From positions 186,001 to 250,000 of the forward strand of contig CBFDEM010000052.1 in NCBI GenBank assembly GCA_965603825.1: a stretch of 64,000 nucleotides of DNA, in the 5' to 3' direction. This stretch comes from Blepharisma stoltei ATCC 30299 (lineage: Eukaryota; Protista; Ciliophora). Shown piece by piece: positions 1 through 11,222 of the stretch; position 1 is the stretch's first letter; each line of letters starts with the position of its first letter. Under the pieces are notes generated by a model, which searched no databases, was not told where the DNA came from, and saw only the letters and a list, made by a program, of their open reading frames with translations. The position numbers were made by a program, and so were the translations under genes.

Positions 1-1624
1 AAACCATGCATGTGAAGGCCCTGCAATCATAAATTCTGAAGAAACTTCTGATATTCCAATATCAGATCTTTCAAGAAAGGTGCAAAATTTTGCTCAGTTC
101 GAGAATGCTTATATATCAGAGATTCACATTAGGGCTTTTGGAAATATTCTTGTGTTGTGTGGGATGGTAAATACAGGTGAAATTCTCATATATAAAAGTT
201 TTGGAAATTTTAATTTCTCAAGGGTAACTTCTTCACTATTTTTAGGTCCAGCAGAATGGGATCATGATAGGCATTTTTTTTCTTTACCCCAAGGAATTTT
301 TGTAGCGTGCAGCTCTAATAATTTTTTGGTTACTGTAAATCAGGAAAGAGATAGAGTTCATATTCACCCAAGCTTATTTAATGGGCAAATAAAAGCAATG
401 TGCTCTTTTAATCATGCGGATTGTCCTAATGGATTTATATATAGAGAAAATGATATATTAGTCATAGGAAGATTTGAAGATTCTATTAGTGCTGCACTTA
501 ACCAAGAAGTTCTTATGATAAGAAAAAATTGCTCGGAAACCCCTAGACACATAATTGAGTATGGAAATTATATAATTGTTTCTTTTTTTACTGATAAAGG
601 CGAAATTCTTTATAATTTAAGAGTTTTTATGCAGAATGAAGAAACTGGTCTTACTGAGGTGAGCTCAGTCCAGCAATTTTCTGCAAATGAAATTATCCTG
701 TCAATGTGCATTGTGAAATTTTCAAGAAAATTAAATCCACCTTTTGAGTATCTTGCTATAGGGACTGGAATGGCTGCGACTGAAGATACAACAACGCAAG
801 GGAGACTTATTTTATTTGCTCTAGACCAGAATAAGCTTGTATATCAGCCCTTGCATAAGAAGCCTGGGCTAAAAGGTGCGATTTCTTCATTAGGAAATAT
901 TGATGGGTATTTATTGGTAGGTGTTGGCTCAGAAATAAAAATATTTATATTTGTTGATGAGGAAGGAAAAGAGTGGTTGGAGCCGATTTCTTTTTATTAT
1001 GGCTATACGATGGCAACTGGGATGGATATAGAAAATAATATGATTCTGTGTACTGATACTATGAACCAAATGTATATACTTTCATATGAAGAAGCCAATA
1101 GCCAAAAGAACTTGCAATTAAAAGGTCAATATTTCCGCGAGCTATTCCCATTAGCAGCTTCATTTAACGCAAACCGCCAAGTAATTGCTGATGGTTTTCG
1201 AAATATCCATATTTTCTTATGCAGATCTGATTCTGATAAAATCGAGAAAGTTGGAGACTTGCATACAGGGCTAACAGTTTATACATTTGCTAAATGTGAT
1301 GAAGCTTTATTAATGATGAGCCAAGAAGGTGCAATTTCTGTATTGACAGCCACAAACGAAATGCTTTATAAAAAGATGCACACTTTACAAAACGCTTTAT
1401 TAGATGTGCTTCCATACAACGCTGGGCTTAATCCAAGAGGATATAGACTTTGCTCGACTCAAGAAAGAGAAAGGCAAAGGAAAAGTGTGCTAGATTTGAC
1501 ACTTGTCTTTTCTTTTTGCTATTTGTCAGCACCTTTGCAGAGAATGATTGCAAGGAATATTGGAACGACCCCACACAATATTTTAAAGGAAATGCAAGAA
1601 TTAAAAACTCATCATTTTATTTAA
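1..1624 (+). CDS. CPSF1: Cleavage and polyadenylation specificity factor subunit 1 (CPSF160), C-terminal part, 5'-truncated by window edge
   Basis: Frame open from position 2. CPSF_A propeller motifs YLAIGTG...ED...GR, KGAISSL...GYLLVGVG and C-terminal LPYNAGLNPRGYR...VLD. Confidence 0.85.
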   Translation, partial: NHACEGPAIINSEETSDIPISDLSRKVQNFAQFENAYISEIHIRAFGNILVLCGMVNTGEILIYKSFGNFNFSRVTSSLFLGPAEWDHDRHFFSLPQGIFVACSSNNFLVTVNQERDRVHIHPSLFNGQIKAMCSFNHADCPNGFIYRENDILVIGRFEDSISAALNQEVLMIRKNCSETPRHIIEYGNYIIVSFFTDKGEILYNLRVFMQNEETGLTEVSSVQQFSANEIILSMCIVKFSRKLNPPFEYLAIGTGMAATEDTTTQGRLILFALDQNKLVYQPLHKKPGLKGAISSLGNIDGYLLVGVGSEIKIFIFVDEEGKEWLEPISFYYGYTMATGMDIENNMILCTDTMNQMYILSYEEANSQKNLQLKGQYFRELFPLAASFNANRQVIADGFRNIHIFLCRSDSDKIEKVGDLHTGLTVYTFAKCDEALLMMSQEGAISVLTATNEMLYKKMHTLQNALLDVLPYNAGLNPRGYRLCSTQERERQRKSVLDLTLVFSFCYLSAPLQRMIARNIGTTPHNILKEMQELKTHHFI

Positions 1625-1881
1625 AATTAATTCAATATTTTTAGGGTAGCTATTTTAATTTTTTGTATAATTGATTGGCATTAATGCATCAACATGAAAA
1701 ATTGTAAAATAAAGCTTAGTTTTCAGGATATTCGTCGAAAGTATTCACTTTTTTAAATTCATTAAAGGTGAATTAATTGAGTTTTTGCAAGACCTTTCCC
1801 TTCTTCTTAGTACTCAAAATAGGAATTTTATTTTAATTTTATAAGTCAGAATAAAACTCACAATCTTAAATTAAGCAAAAT

Positions 1882-2067
1882 CTATGCTGTTTTTAACCAC
1901 AATTTTGGGTATCTATCTCTTCCGTAGAATTGAGTACTTTTCTTCTGCTGAGTCTGATAATATTTAGGTGCATTAATCTTTAATGCTTCATCCATTCTTT
2001 TCATATCATGCCAAACATAGCGTGGACCTCTCACGCTGCCTCTGAAACTTAAAATATCTCGGAACAT
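1882..2067 (-). CDS. Small basic hypothetical protein (61 aa), possibly mitochondrial
   Basis: First ATG after an AT-rich leader gives MFRDILSFRGSVRGPRYVW...; ends in TAG. No family recognised. Confidence 0.5.
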   Translation of the reverse strand: MFRDILSFRGSVRGPRYVWHDMKRMDEALKINAPKYYQTQQKKSTQFYGRDRYPKLWLKTA

Positions 2068-2325
2068 TTTACAATTATAAGCGTATATGGCAGAACTTAT
2101 CAAAATCCAATTTTTATAAAAATTTTACACCATTCCTTCTCAATCTATTGTCCTTATATACAGAAATATATGTCGATTTTCTCAGTTGCATCCAACCAAA
2201 ATAAATTTCAAAAAAATTGATATGAATATGTCGGCAGCAAATAGCTGAATTATATCATATAAAAATTGATAATTTACTCAACCAATTTTTGGGTTCGTTA
2301 ATTTCGATAAAAATAAAATTCGAAT

Positions 2326-2574
2326 ATGGATTCAAGCGAGAATTTGAATATGAAAGAAAACATAAAACCACAGACAAACCCTTCAAAGCTTTGCCAAACT
2401 CAGGCAACTGAGGCCTCTGATACAGAAGTCTCATCTAAAGAATTTAGTGTAGATAAAAGTCTTTCACCTTTAATCTGTAGAAGGTTAAAGTTTGTAAGAT
2501 ATAACCTTAGAAACTCTGAAGAAGACTTAAAATTGTCTAATAAAGCTATCTCCAAAAGACAAAAACTAAGCTAA
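2326..2574 (+). CDS. Hypothetical protein (82 aa)
   Basis: ATG-TAA ORF flanked by AT-rich spacers. Confidence 0.45.
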   Translation: MDSSENLNMKENIKPQTNPSKLCQTQATEASDTEVSSKEFSVDKSLSPLICRRLKFVRYNLRNSEEDLKLSNKAISKRQKLS

Positions 2575-2598
2575 TCATAAATATTTATATAGGAAATG

Positions 2599-4194
2599 CT
2601 ATCTAAATAATTTTTTATAAATTTCTTTTTCTTTCTGATGATATTTTTTATTGAGTATTTGCACTTTTTTGATTTCGTTTTCTATTGTAGCTAGCATATC
2701 AGTTTCATTTTTTCTTATAATGACTTCTTTTGCCAAATTTAAATCATTTAAAGCTCCAATATAGTCTGAAAGTCCTGTTCTTGCGGTAGCTCTTCTATAC
2801 AATGATTTTATGTCTTCAGGGAAAATTTCTAGAGCTTTATTTACAGCTAATTCAGCTTCTCTCATTTTTTCAAGCTTAATATTGCAAAGGGCAATATTAT
2901 TCAGAAGTATTACAATAGTCGGCTTATGGTCCTCAGGCGCATCTTTAATTGGCTCAACTGATGTTTTGGCATCATCGTATTTTTTTAAAGCTTTTTCTAT
3001 TTTTCCTAGTTTGTAATATTTAAGAGCTACTTCTTTTAGTCTCAAAGCTTCTTCAAGCCTCTCCTCAACCTCCATTCCATGATTTGTTTTTCCTAAATCT
3101 GAAGAAAAAAGTTTTAAATACACATGAGCTTTCTTTATATTTTCAGGAATTTCGGGGTTTAAGATTGGGTTAAGCCCATCATTCATGTAGCTATTATTGG
3201 GTCCAGTCAAATTGCAGTCAATCATAGCATATTCTCCAACTTTCATGAATTTTATGCATTGGATTCAAAGAGTTGGGAATTCATCTTCATCTAGTCTTGA
3301 TTCTAAGGGTTCTTGGTCAAAATTGGAAATAATGATTTGGTCTTCTATAACGAGCTTATAAAATACCTCGATATTTGCATTTAATTGGGAAGCATTAGAT
3401 CTGTCCCCATATTCAAGAATTTTCTTATAGAAAAATCCATCACCAAAAATGTCTCTGATTTTTACGAGCTCCATTAAATTTATGTCAACTTTTACGTCAG
3501 ATTGCAGGAGGTTTTCTTTATTTATGCTTGTGAAATTTTCTATGAAATAATGGTAATTTACAATAATTTGTGAAATTTCGCCTTTTTTCATAGTTTTTAG
3601 TATTTCAAATAGCCCAGGGCAAATCAGCTCAGAGCTTCCTGTAGTATCTATTTCTTGATTTTCATAAAAAACTGAATCCCCTTGCCAGATTTTTACGCTG
3701 AACTTTATTTCATCTTTTTCATCAACTCTATCATATCCAGACCCTTTATTTAGAACTCGCTTTATCAAAATTCCATCTCCCCTTAAATCATGCACATTTA
3801 AAAAGCTTAGCAAGTGAACTCTATATTTTTTATCAACTCCATCATGAAACTTTGCAGGAATATGCACTTCTACCATCTCATCCTTTTTCATTGACACAAT
3901 GGTTTTTTCTAGCGCTGCAGGAAGCATTCCACAGCCAAGCTTGATTTCTATTGGATCTCCAAGTTCATTCAGTTCTTCTGTAGTATCACACATTCTTATT
4001 ATGACTTCATCAATCGTCCCTGGCTTGTCAATTCCTTCCCCTCGAGACTCTATTATTTTGTAAAATCCAAATCGTTTTCGGTCTAGATAAACTGGCTCCT
4101 CAACAGGATCTTCAGGGACTTCTGTGTCAGATTCGAAAGTTTGGATTGTGGGAGCATCACTAATTTGACTTATAATTTCCACGTCGTTTTTCAT
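2599..4194 (-). CDS. Multi-domain FKBP-type immunophilin with C-terminal TPRs (FKBP4/ROF1/PAS1-like), 531 aa
   Basis: Two track ORFs join in frame through TGA at 3265-3267 (PTL-W-IQCIKFMKVGE). Three degenerate FKBP repeats (MKKDE, MKKGE, MKVGE) and TPR motifs LLNNIALCNIKL and KSLYRRATA. Confidence 0.8.
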
Positions 4195-4436
4195 ATTGTA
4201 ATTATCTATTAAAATAGCATGTTTTATGAAAATACAATGGTACTTTATTATAAAAAATCAAAAATCATTAATTTAATTAATAATTAAGGATAATCTGACA
4301 GACAATAATTGTATTTATGTTTTAAGTCATCGTGGATCATTTACTGGCAACTTTATTTTTCATTTTTATATAAAATTTATGCCAGTTTAGTTATGAGATA
4401 GATTCTTGCCTTAAAACCTGACTCTTTAAAATAATT

Positions 4437-5270
4437 ATGGAAATGGAATTAAATATTAATTTAATGGATCGTCCTTCGAAATTAGAAGAAACTTATTTAT
4501 ATGATTTTCAAAAAGTCTCAAACTGGAACTTGTCTATTAAAAATGCTCGAGGATTTCAGTACACTTGAACTCAACCCCTTTCTGCTCTACAAAAGCCAGA
4601 TCCGTTACCAGAAGCTCTTAAAACTGCTTCACTCATAGAAAATAGCTTACTTGATTTATCGATCTCCAAAATTAACAAAAAACATGATGCAGCTGAAATG
4701 GTTACAGAAAATACTCCAATGCCTCATAAGAAGCATATAATGAATATTAGCCTAAACCCAAATTTTCGAAGAAAATATCATTCAGGCACAATAATTTCAA
4801 TCCCCAACAATTCACCTGGAAAGCATCGAAATCCACATAGCACTCCTGCAGGAATATGAGAACATTATGAAGATTTAAATAAAAAACTCGACGCGATTTC
4901 CCGCAATAAAGTGAGCCTAAAAGATATCCTTTCTAATCAAAGAAACGAAGCATTTCAAGATGAAGTTTATATAAAAAAATTATTCAGCACAGAAAATATA
5001 TTTTCAGAAAATACTTTGCTGCAGCTGAAAAATTTAGAAGAAAAAGTAAAACAGATGAAAAAAGACTTAAAACAGAATAAAATAACAAATAATATAAGAA
5101 GTAGAAGCTCAGGGCATTTATTTCCACCTAAAAGGAATATTAATAGAAGTTCACTTGAGCTTCCAAAAATCAGTGTAACACCTCAAGCTCGGCAATTTCG
5201 AGATGCTCCTAATAGGTCAGCAACAAAATTGCTGAAAAAATTTGTAGTAAATAAAAATAATAAAAATTAA
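4437..5270 (+). CDS. Hypothetical basic protein
   Basis: Continuous frame from ATG 4437 (or 4464) with TGA=W at 4566 and 4857; ends TAA. Confidence 0.6.
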
Positions 5271-5278
5271 TTTACCTA

Positions 5279-6829
5279 CTAAAAGAATAATAAAAATAAT
5301 AATGAAATGGCGACGATATATCCAGAAGAGTTAAATGAGTTTAATCCCATGGTAGGGTCGAATAATCCGAGCTCTCTAGAACATCCATTTATGGCACCTG
5401 ATTGGTATAAAGTCCAGTACTTGGCCTCTTGCTCCATTGCTTCATAATAACTAAATGCATCATCTGAAATAGACCCACAGTCGCGCAATACGGTAAAGTT
5501 AGTTGAGTGTGCAGCTTGTCCAGAACAGTTTGACCTTGAATACTGCAATTTAGGATAGACAATGTCCCAGAACCCTATGACAGACCCTATTATTGGACAA
5601 AATCCAGTTTCGTTATGAATTCCATCACATTGGCATCTTTCAGAAGCAAAGACATCTGATGAATTGTAATGATGATAAGAACAATTGCTGCTTATATTGC
5701 ATGAAAATGGGTAAAGAGACCTTGTACGATTCACATATATTTCGATTCCACTGCATGTCCCATTCCTCATGAAATTCGACCAACAGAACTCAGCCTTCGA
5801 TACATTAGCTCCTAGCGGCAATGAAAAATATTTGGTGCAGTTTCCTAAATTACAGCCAAGCCCTGCCATACATTGTTGATCTCTACTACAAGACTCATTT
5901 TCGCGTGAAGCTGCCATACATTTTTGGATATACGTTACGTTTTGTGTGCTTTGGTTTGTTGTATTTGAAGTTGCATTAGTTGTATTGCTGCTAGAAGTAT
6001 TGCTTGTAGTAGTTGTAGAAGTATTGCTTGTAGTAGTTGTAGAAGTATTGGTGCTAGAAGTATTGCTTGAGGAATTAGTCGATGAATTTGTAACTGTAAC
6101 ATTTGTGGAATTTACTATTGTTATATTTGGAGGCGTTGTTACTTGTAGCCTTCTGCCTCTTAATGAAGAATTTGAAGGTAATGAAGTATTATTGGTATTG
6201 ACCGTGACGTTTGTGGAGTTTATAATAGTAATGTTTGTACCTGTACTATTAGTATTAATTGTTACGTTCGTGTTGTTTCCTGTAACTGTGACGTTAGTTC
6301 CATTGCTGCTTGTTACATTAGATGCATTTCCACTTGAGGAATTCGAACTTGAAGTATTGGTAGTTGTGGTTGTATTAGTTTGATTAATAATAGCTTCGAC
6401 TCCACAGAAGAAATCTGGCTCACATTCATCATCGACTGAACAGTTAGCGCCTTGAGAAAGACCTTGACAGATGTTTTGTGAACAGTTGTTGCTTATACAT
6501 TGAGTATCATTTTCACATCTTTGGCCTGTTGGTACTGAGTTATTGGGTATGGTGAGATTTGGAGTATGAGTTTCCGAAGAATTCCCTAGGAGAGCTCTAT
6601 TACACCTTACGTTTGCCCAGTTCCCTGTTGTGTTGGAAAATTGTGATAGACTTGCACATTCGTAGCCGGCGGCACATACATTAATTTCGACTGATTTCCT
6701 TTGAACACTGACCGATACACAGCGATCTGTTGAGTTTTTGACTCCGCAATAAACTGTTTTGCATCTCTGTCATTCTAAGGAGAAGGCGATGCTGAGGACG
6801 CTTAAGATAACAATGGCATTGATTCCCAT
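5279..6829 (-). CDS. Secreted, probably GPI-anchored Cys-rich surface glycoprotein with an Asn/Thr/Ser-rich insert, 516 aa
   Basis: Signal peptide MGINAIVILSVLSIAFS, one TGA=W at codon 20, repeated Cys modules (C..D.QC...C), N/T/S-rich block, hydrophobic C-terminal tail SSGYIVAISLLFLLFF. Confidence 0.8.
5992..6050. repeat. 24-nt tandem repeat (about 2.5 copies) encoding SNTSTTTT on the minus strand
   Basis: tagaagtattgcttgtagtagttg twice plus a partial copy. Confidence 0.85.
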
Positions 6830-7118
6830 TTTTTTATTTAATATTAAATTATGATCATTGGATTTATTATCATAAATGGCAAATTCTGACGAACTTCGTT
6901 AGAATTTTTATACAGCAATTTTAGAAAATGGAAAAAAAATTATCAAATAAAACAATCTATTATGGTCTTTTATTTTTTTTCCATACCAAGTAGCTAAATT
7001 AGAAGGTAGAATAACACGTTTAGCTACTATTATAGAAGTAATGAAAATATCTATAAAATAATCCATCACATTTTCACTTGAAAAATACTTTAGACAATTA
7101 ATTTAAAGAGTATTAACC

Positions 7119-8801
7119 ATGGAAGATCTGTTTTTACAGTTTTTACACAAAACTCTCTTCTCTGTAGAAAATGACCAAGCAAAAATCCAAGCTTTTGATT
7201 CCATAAAATCAGCTTATGAACTTCGAAATCAATACCTTGCAAGCCCTTCTTCAGCTCTTTTAGCTCAGCTTGAAAAATTTACCGATTTTGAATCCACTCA
7301 TGAGCATGGTCCTCTATCCCACGAAGTGGAGCACTCAGACATCATTAAAATTATCCTTCAATACCTTCAAGACACCCAGCTATCCAAATCCTTCAAAACT
7401 CTTGAAGAAGAATCCCATATATATTGGTCAGGAATAGACAGCATTGAAGATCTCCAATCAGAAATTAAAGAAGGAAGCTGAGACCACGTCTTAGAAAAGC
7501 TATCAAATTATAAGCTTGAACAAGAAATGCTGTTTTACCTGTATGAAACAATTTTCCTTGAATTAATACAAAAACAAGAATGGGATAATGCTTTAGGGAT
7601 CCTTAATTCCCAAGTTTTAAGGAAACTTAAAGATAAAGATCCAGAGAGGTTTATGAGGCTTGAAAAACTTGCAGGGAGTCGGCATGAAGTCAATGATATT
7701 TATGCAGGATCTTTTGGGATGGCTGAAAGAAAAATTTTTTTGGCTGGAAAAATAGAGGAATATCTTGAAGAAGTGCCAAAGCAAAGACTGTTGACTATTA
7801 TTTCACAAGCTTTGAAATATATGAAAATACAAAAGCAGCTGCCAGCTGCAAATGAGTATGATTTGTTGAAAGGAAAAGCAAGGGAATCTAAAAAAAGTGA
7901 AGAGTTTGTAAAATATTTTGATAGATACTTAGAAACTGAAGAAGACTCGAAAATTAACTGTTTTTCATATACGCCAGACGGGAACTGCCTTATTACAGGC
8001 AGCAATGATGGATTTATTGAAGTATGAGACCCATACACAGGCAAATTAAAGACTTCTCTATTATACCAACAAGTAGAAGAATTCATGGTGCATGAAGAAT
8101 CCATTTTAAGCTTGGCTTGTTTAAATGACTATATTGCAGCTGGCGACTCCTCAGGAGATATCAATATATGAAAAATAGCAACAGGTCAATGCTCCATTAA
8201 ATTTCCCTCAATACACAAATCAGGCGTAATTTCTTTAGCATGAAGTGAAGACTCCAGCAAAGTTGTAGCTGGAAGCCCTCAAGGCGTCATTAAAATTCTA
8301 GGCTTAAAAGCCCAAACTTTGCTAGGCGAATATCACATGCACTCTTCATATGTGAATTGCTTACAAATAAAAGGGAATAAATTATTCTCTGCTGGAGGAG
8401 ATGGGACAGTTGTGATATATGACTTGAAAAGATTTACATGAATTTCAACTTTAAATATCATACAAACTGGAAATCACCAAATAATTTATATAAAAGTTAT
8501 GAATTTTAATGAAATTTTTGTAGTTTGTGCACAGGGGAATGCTGGAATTTATAGTTATGAAGGAGAAGCTATTAAATCTTTTGAGACAGGCTTAGAAGTT
8601 TTAAGTGGCGATGTCAGTTCTTTAGGAAAATTCGTATATATTGCAAATCAAGGGAAGGTAAACATATTTAATTTGCAAGGTGAATTTTTACATAATTTAG
8701 ATGTAAAAGGTTTAGCAATAGCAAAAATCTCAATTCAACCTAATAGGGATTCTCTATCAATTTTAGACGATTATGGGAAAATTCAACTATGGACAGCTTA
8801 A
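7119..8801 (+). CDS. SMU1: SMU1-like WD40 spliceosomal protein (LisH/CTLH + WD40), 560 aa
   Basis: EVEHSDIIKIILQYL...TLEEES...EGS-W-DHVL and SNDGFIEV-W-DPYTGKLKTSLLYQ match SMU1. The conserved Trp residues are TGA. Three track ORFs share one frame. Confidence 0.85.
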
Positions 8802-8820
8802 TTAATTAATACATAAAAAA

Positions 8821-9192
8821 ATGGACAGACGGTTGTCATTTTCTAAATCCCACTCAGTAGCGGTCTTAATTCCACGAAGAATGTCAGACAGTGTCGTTTT
8901 TTCAGACGATGCAGCAATTCAATCACGGAAATTTCAAATACAAAAAGTAAAAAAATCCAAATACAATATGACAGATCGACATGACTTAGCAGAAGACGAA
9001 ATTAAGTTAATTTTTTCTATTTTGGATCCAATTAAGAATGGCCATTTAACCCCAGACGATTTATTAATTACATTAAAGCAATCTGACGAATCAATCGCAA
9101 ATTCTGACATAAAAACATTTTTTGACATTGTGGATGAAGACTTGGATTCTATTATTACATATGAAGAATTTTATACCTTGATGAATTCTTAA
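8821..9192 (+). CDS. Small EF-hand pair protein
   Basis: FSILDPIKNGHLTPDDL and FFDIVDEDLDSIITYEEF EF-hand loops. Confidence 0.75.
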   Translation: MDRRLSFSKSHSVAVLIPRRMSDSVVFSDDAAIQSRKFQIQKVKKSKYNMTDRHDLAEDEIKLIFSILDPIKNGHLTPDDLLITLKQSDESIANSDIKTFFDIVDEDLDSIITYEEFYTLMNS

Positions 9193-9195
9193 TTA

Positions 9196-11073
9196 TTACC
9201 TTGTTTTGTTAATCCTCTCACTAGTTTCTATCATTTTTCCTAGTAAAGTGTCCCACACTACTTTAATTTTTCCTGCATGGCTTGATTGAGTTCTGGCGAA
9301 ATCCCCAAAATGCTCACAGGCAGTCTGTTTAGTTTGGTTAATAACCCTCTCACATTCGCTTACACTAAGAGTGTTATGGTAGCCAAACAAGTCTCTAATT
9401 CTGTCTGCCCCTTTGTTTTTATTTTCAATTTTACGATAAAGTCACATTAAATTTTCTCTTTCTCTTAATAAGTCTTTTAGTGCACAGGATTCCATATGCC
9501 CATATCTGAAAAAATTATAGCAATAGTCAGAAATAAGCAGCCCTTGTTCTTTTTCATAGTTAGACCATTGGGTAAAAACTTCATTTAAACTATCATAAAC
9601 ATACTGTTGGTCTGTATTAAAATTTAATATAGATTGTACATCTGCTAATTCTTTAAGTAAATCAGCGGATTCTGCCAGTGATGTCGAAATTTTTAAAAAA
9701 TCATCAACCACTGACTCAAAATGCCTTTTTAATTTTTTCTTAATTGCTTCTGAATATGATAAATGATCATTAATTTTTGCGACTATCGGAGTATGATCAA
9801 TAGTGTTGCAATGCAAATAACCATCAAAACTCGGATATGTTTTCAGTCCCTCTAACTTTTTTACCTTTTTATTTTGTGATTTTATCGATTTCCACTCACT
9901 TAAATTGGATTCTTTTAGAAATTGTACTAGAAATGTGCATCTTTTTAGCATTGGGTTAGCTAATATGGAGTTCATGTATCTCTGCAAAAATTTTTGCCGC
10001 TTAATAGCATTCATTTCAAGAGTTTTTCCTGTAGCTTTTTTCTGAGGAAGTGGCGGAATATAATATCCAGGATAGCTATTTGCAAGGACTTCCCTTAACA
10101 AGGCGAATTCACTATACCTTCTTTTGACCTCCCAGCCAAGTGGGCCTGTTACTACTTTATAAACCAAATAATTAGAACTAAAAATTCCGGCTTCAATTAT
10201 TTCAAAGCTAGAAATTTTGATAGAGGGATTTGCTGCTCTTGAAAGTTCTGTTTCTTTAGCTATTTGTGCAGGTATATCATAGGTTTCTCCACCTATGCTA
10301 GCATCTGAAGCATCAGAGTCTGTTTGAGTTATTGGGGTGTCATTTCTTTTATACCCATAATCTTCATCATATTTAGGTGAAATGGCTGGCTCATTGGTTT
10401 TTTTCTCTGTTTTTGGGTTTGTGATTTTTAAAGGTCCTTCAATTTCATTTTTAGGTTTTGGTTGATAAGCATCATACTTCTTTTCCTCCTCTTTTGGAGG
10501 ATTTTGTGGTTGTTGAGAAGACTGAGTTACATTCCTTATAGCATTTACTATAGGGGTTTCAGCATAATACTTTGGTTTATTTTTATCCTCGTAGACAATG
10601 TCATTAAAAGAAGAGTCTAAAAGTTTCTTTTTCATTGTTTCAATAGTGCGTGAAGCCTCACGTCCATTATCTTTGACTGCTTGGGGTAAGGGTGTAGGCT
10701 CTATTATTTTAGGCTTTTCTTTAGGTTTTTTCTCATTTTTATTACTTTGCTGCTGATTTTCTTCTAAAGGCTGTGGCTTTTTCTTAATTGGGATTTCATA
10801 TAGTCGTTTTTCTTTTTCTTTTTCAATCCTCATTTGCTCGTCTACTTCTTCCAATGTCTGCCCAGCCCTGTATTTATTTTTAAACTCCCTTACAAGGTCT
10901 GAAAGTTCATCAAAAGTTCATGCATCTATATCAGCTGCTTTAGCATTTTCAATAAATTTTGTAAATAAGTGTGGATCATAATTCATATCAACGATTTCTT
11001 CTTTTAAGAAGTTACGTTTGGCATTACGTTCAGCTGCTTCTAAATAGTCTTCTTCATCGCTTGATGAGTCCAT
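9196..11073 (-). CDS. PX-domain sorting nexin-like protein with BAR-like helical C-terminus, 625 aa
   Basis: YLVYKV...WEVKRRYSEF..LR..L...YPG..IPPLPQK...KRQKFLQRYM. Joined through TGA=W at about 10918 and 9442. ATG at 11073. Confidence 0.85.
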
Positions 11074-11222
11074 GATGACGTAAAATAAATATTAATGAAA
11101 TGTTCGCCAAGAAACAGAAAGTTTCAAAACATTACTTTGAGGAAAAATAATGAAAGATTTCATCTATTTACTTATATTTTATATTTTAAATATTATTATA
11201 ATACACAATATGAAGAATTTTT

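Noticed and set aside
2114-2134. In-frame ATG GTG TAA upstream of the small ORF, suggesting a GT-AA intron or TAA readthrough
   Set aside because: No AG acceptor and no A at -6. The ATG at 2067 explains the gene more simply.
5946-6383. Val/Leu-rich + strand ORF
   Set aside because: It is the antisense shadow of the Thr/Asn/Ser-rich insert. The same applies to the many Ser/Phe/Leu-rich antisense ORFs over Lys/Glu-rich genes.
6597-6610. gtaaggtgtaatag as an intron in the surface-protein gene
   Set aside because: It is 14 nt; removal would break an otherwise open frame and delete a Cys.
7119-8801. Apparent pseudogenes (in-frame stops in SMU1, HECT, PDE and others)
   Set aside because: Every internal stop is either TGA, often at a conserved Trp position, or lies within a consensus tiny intron. 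No unexplained frameshifts.
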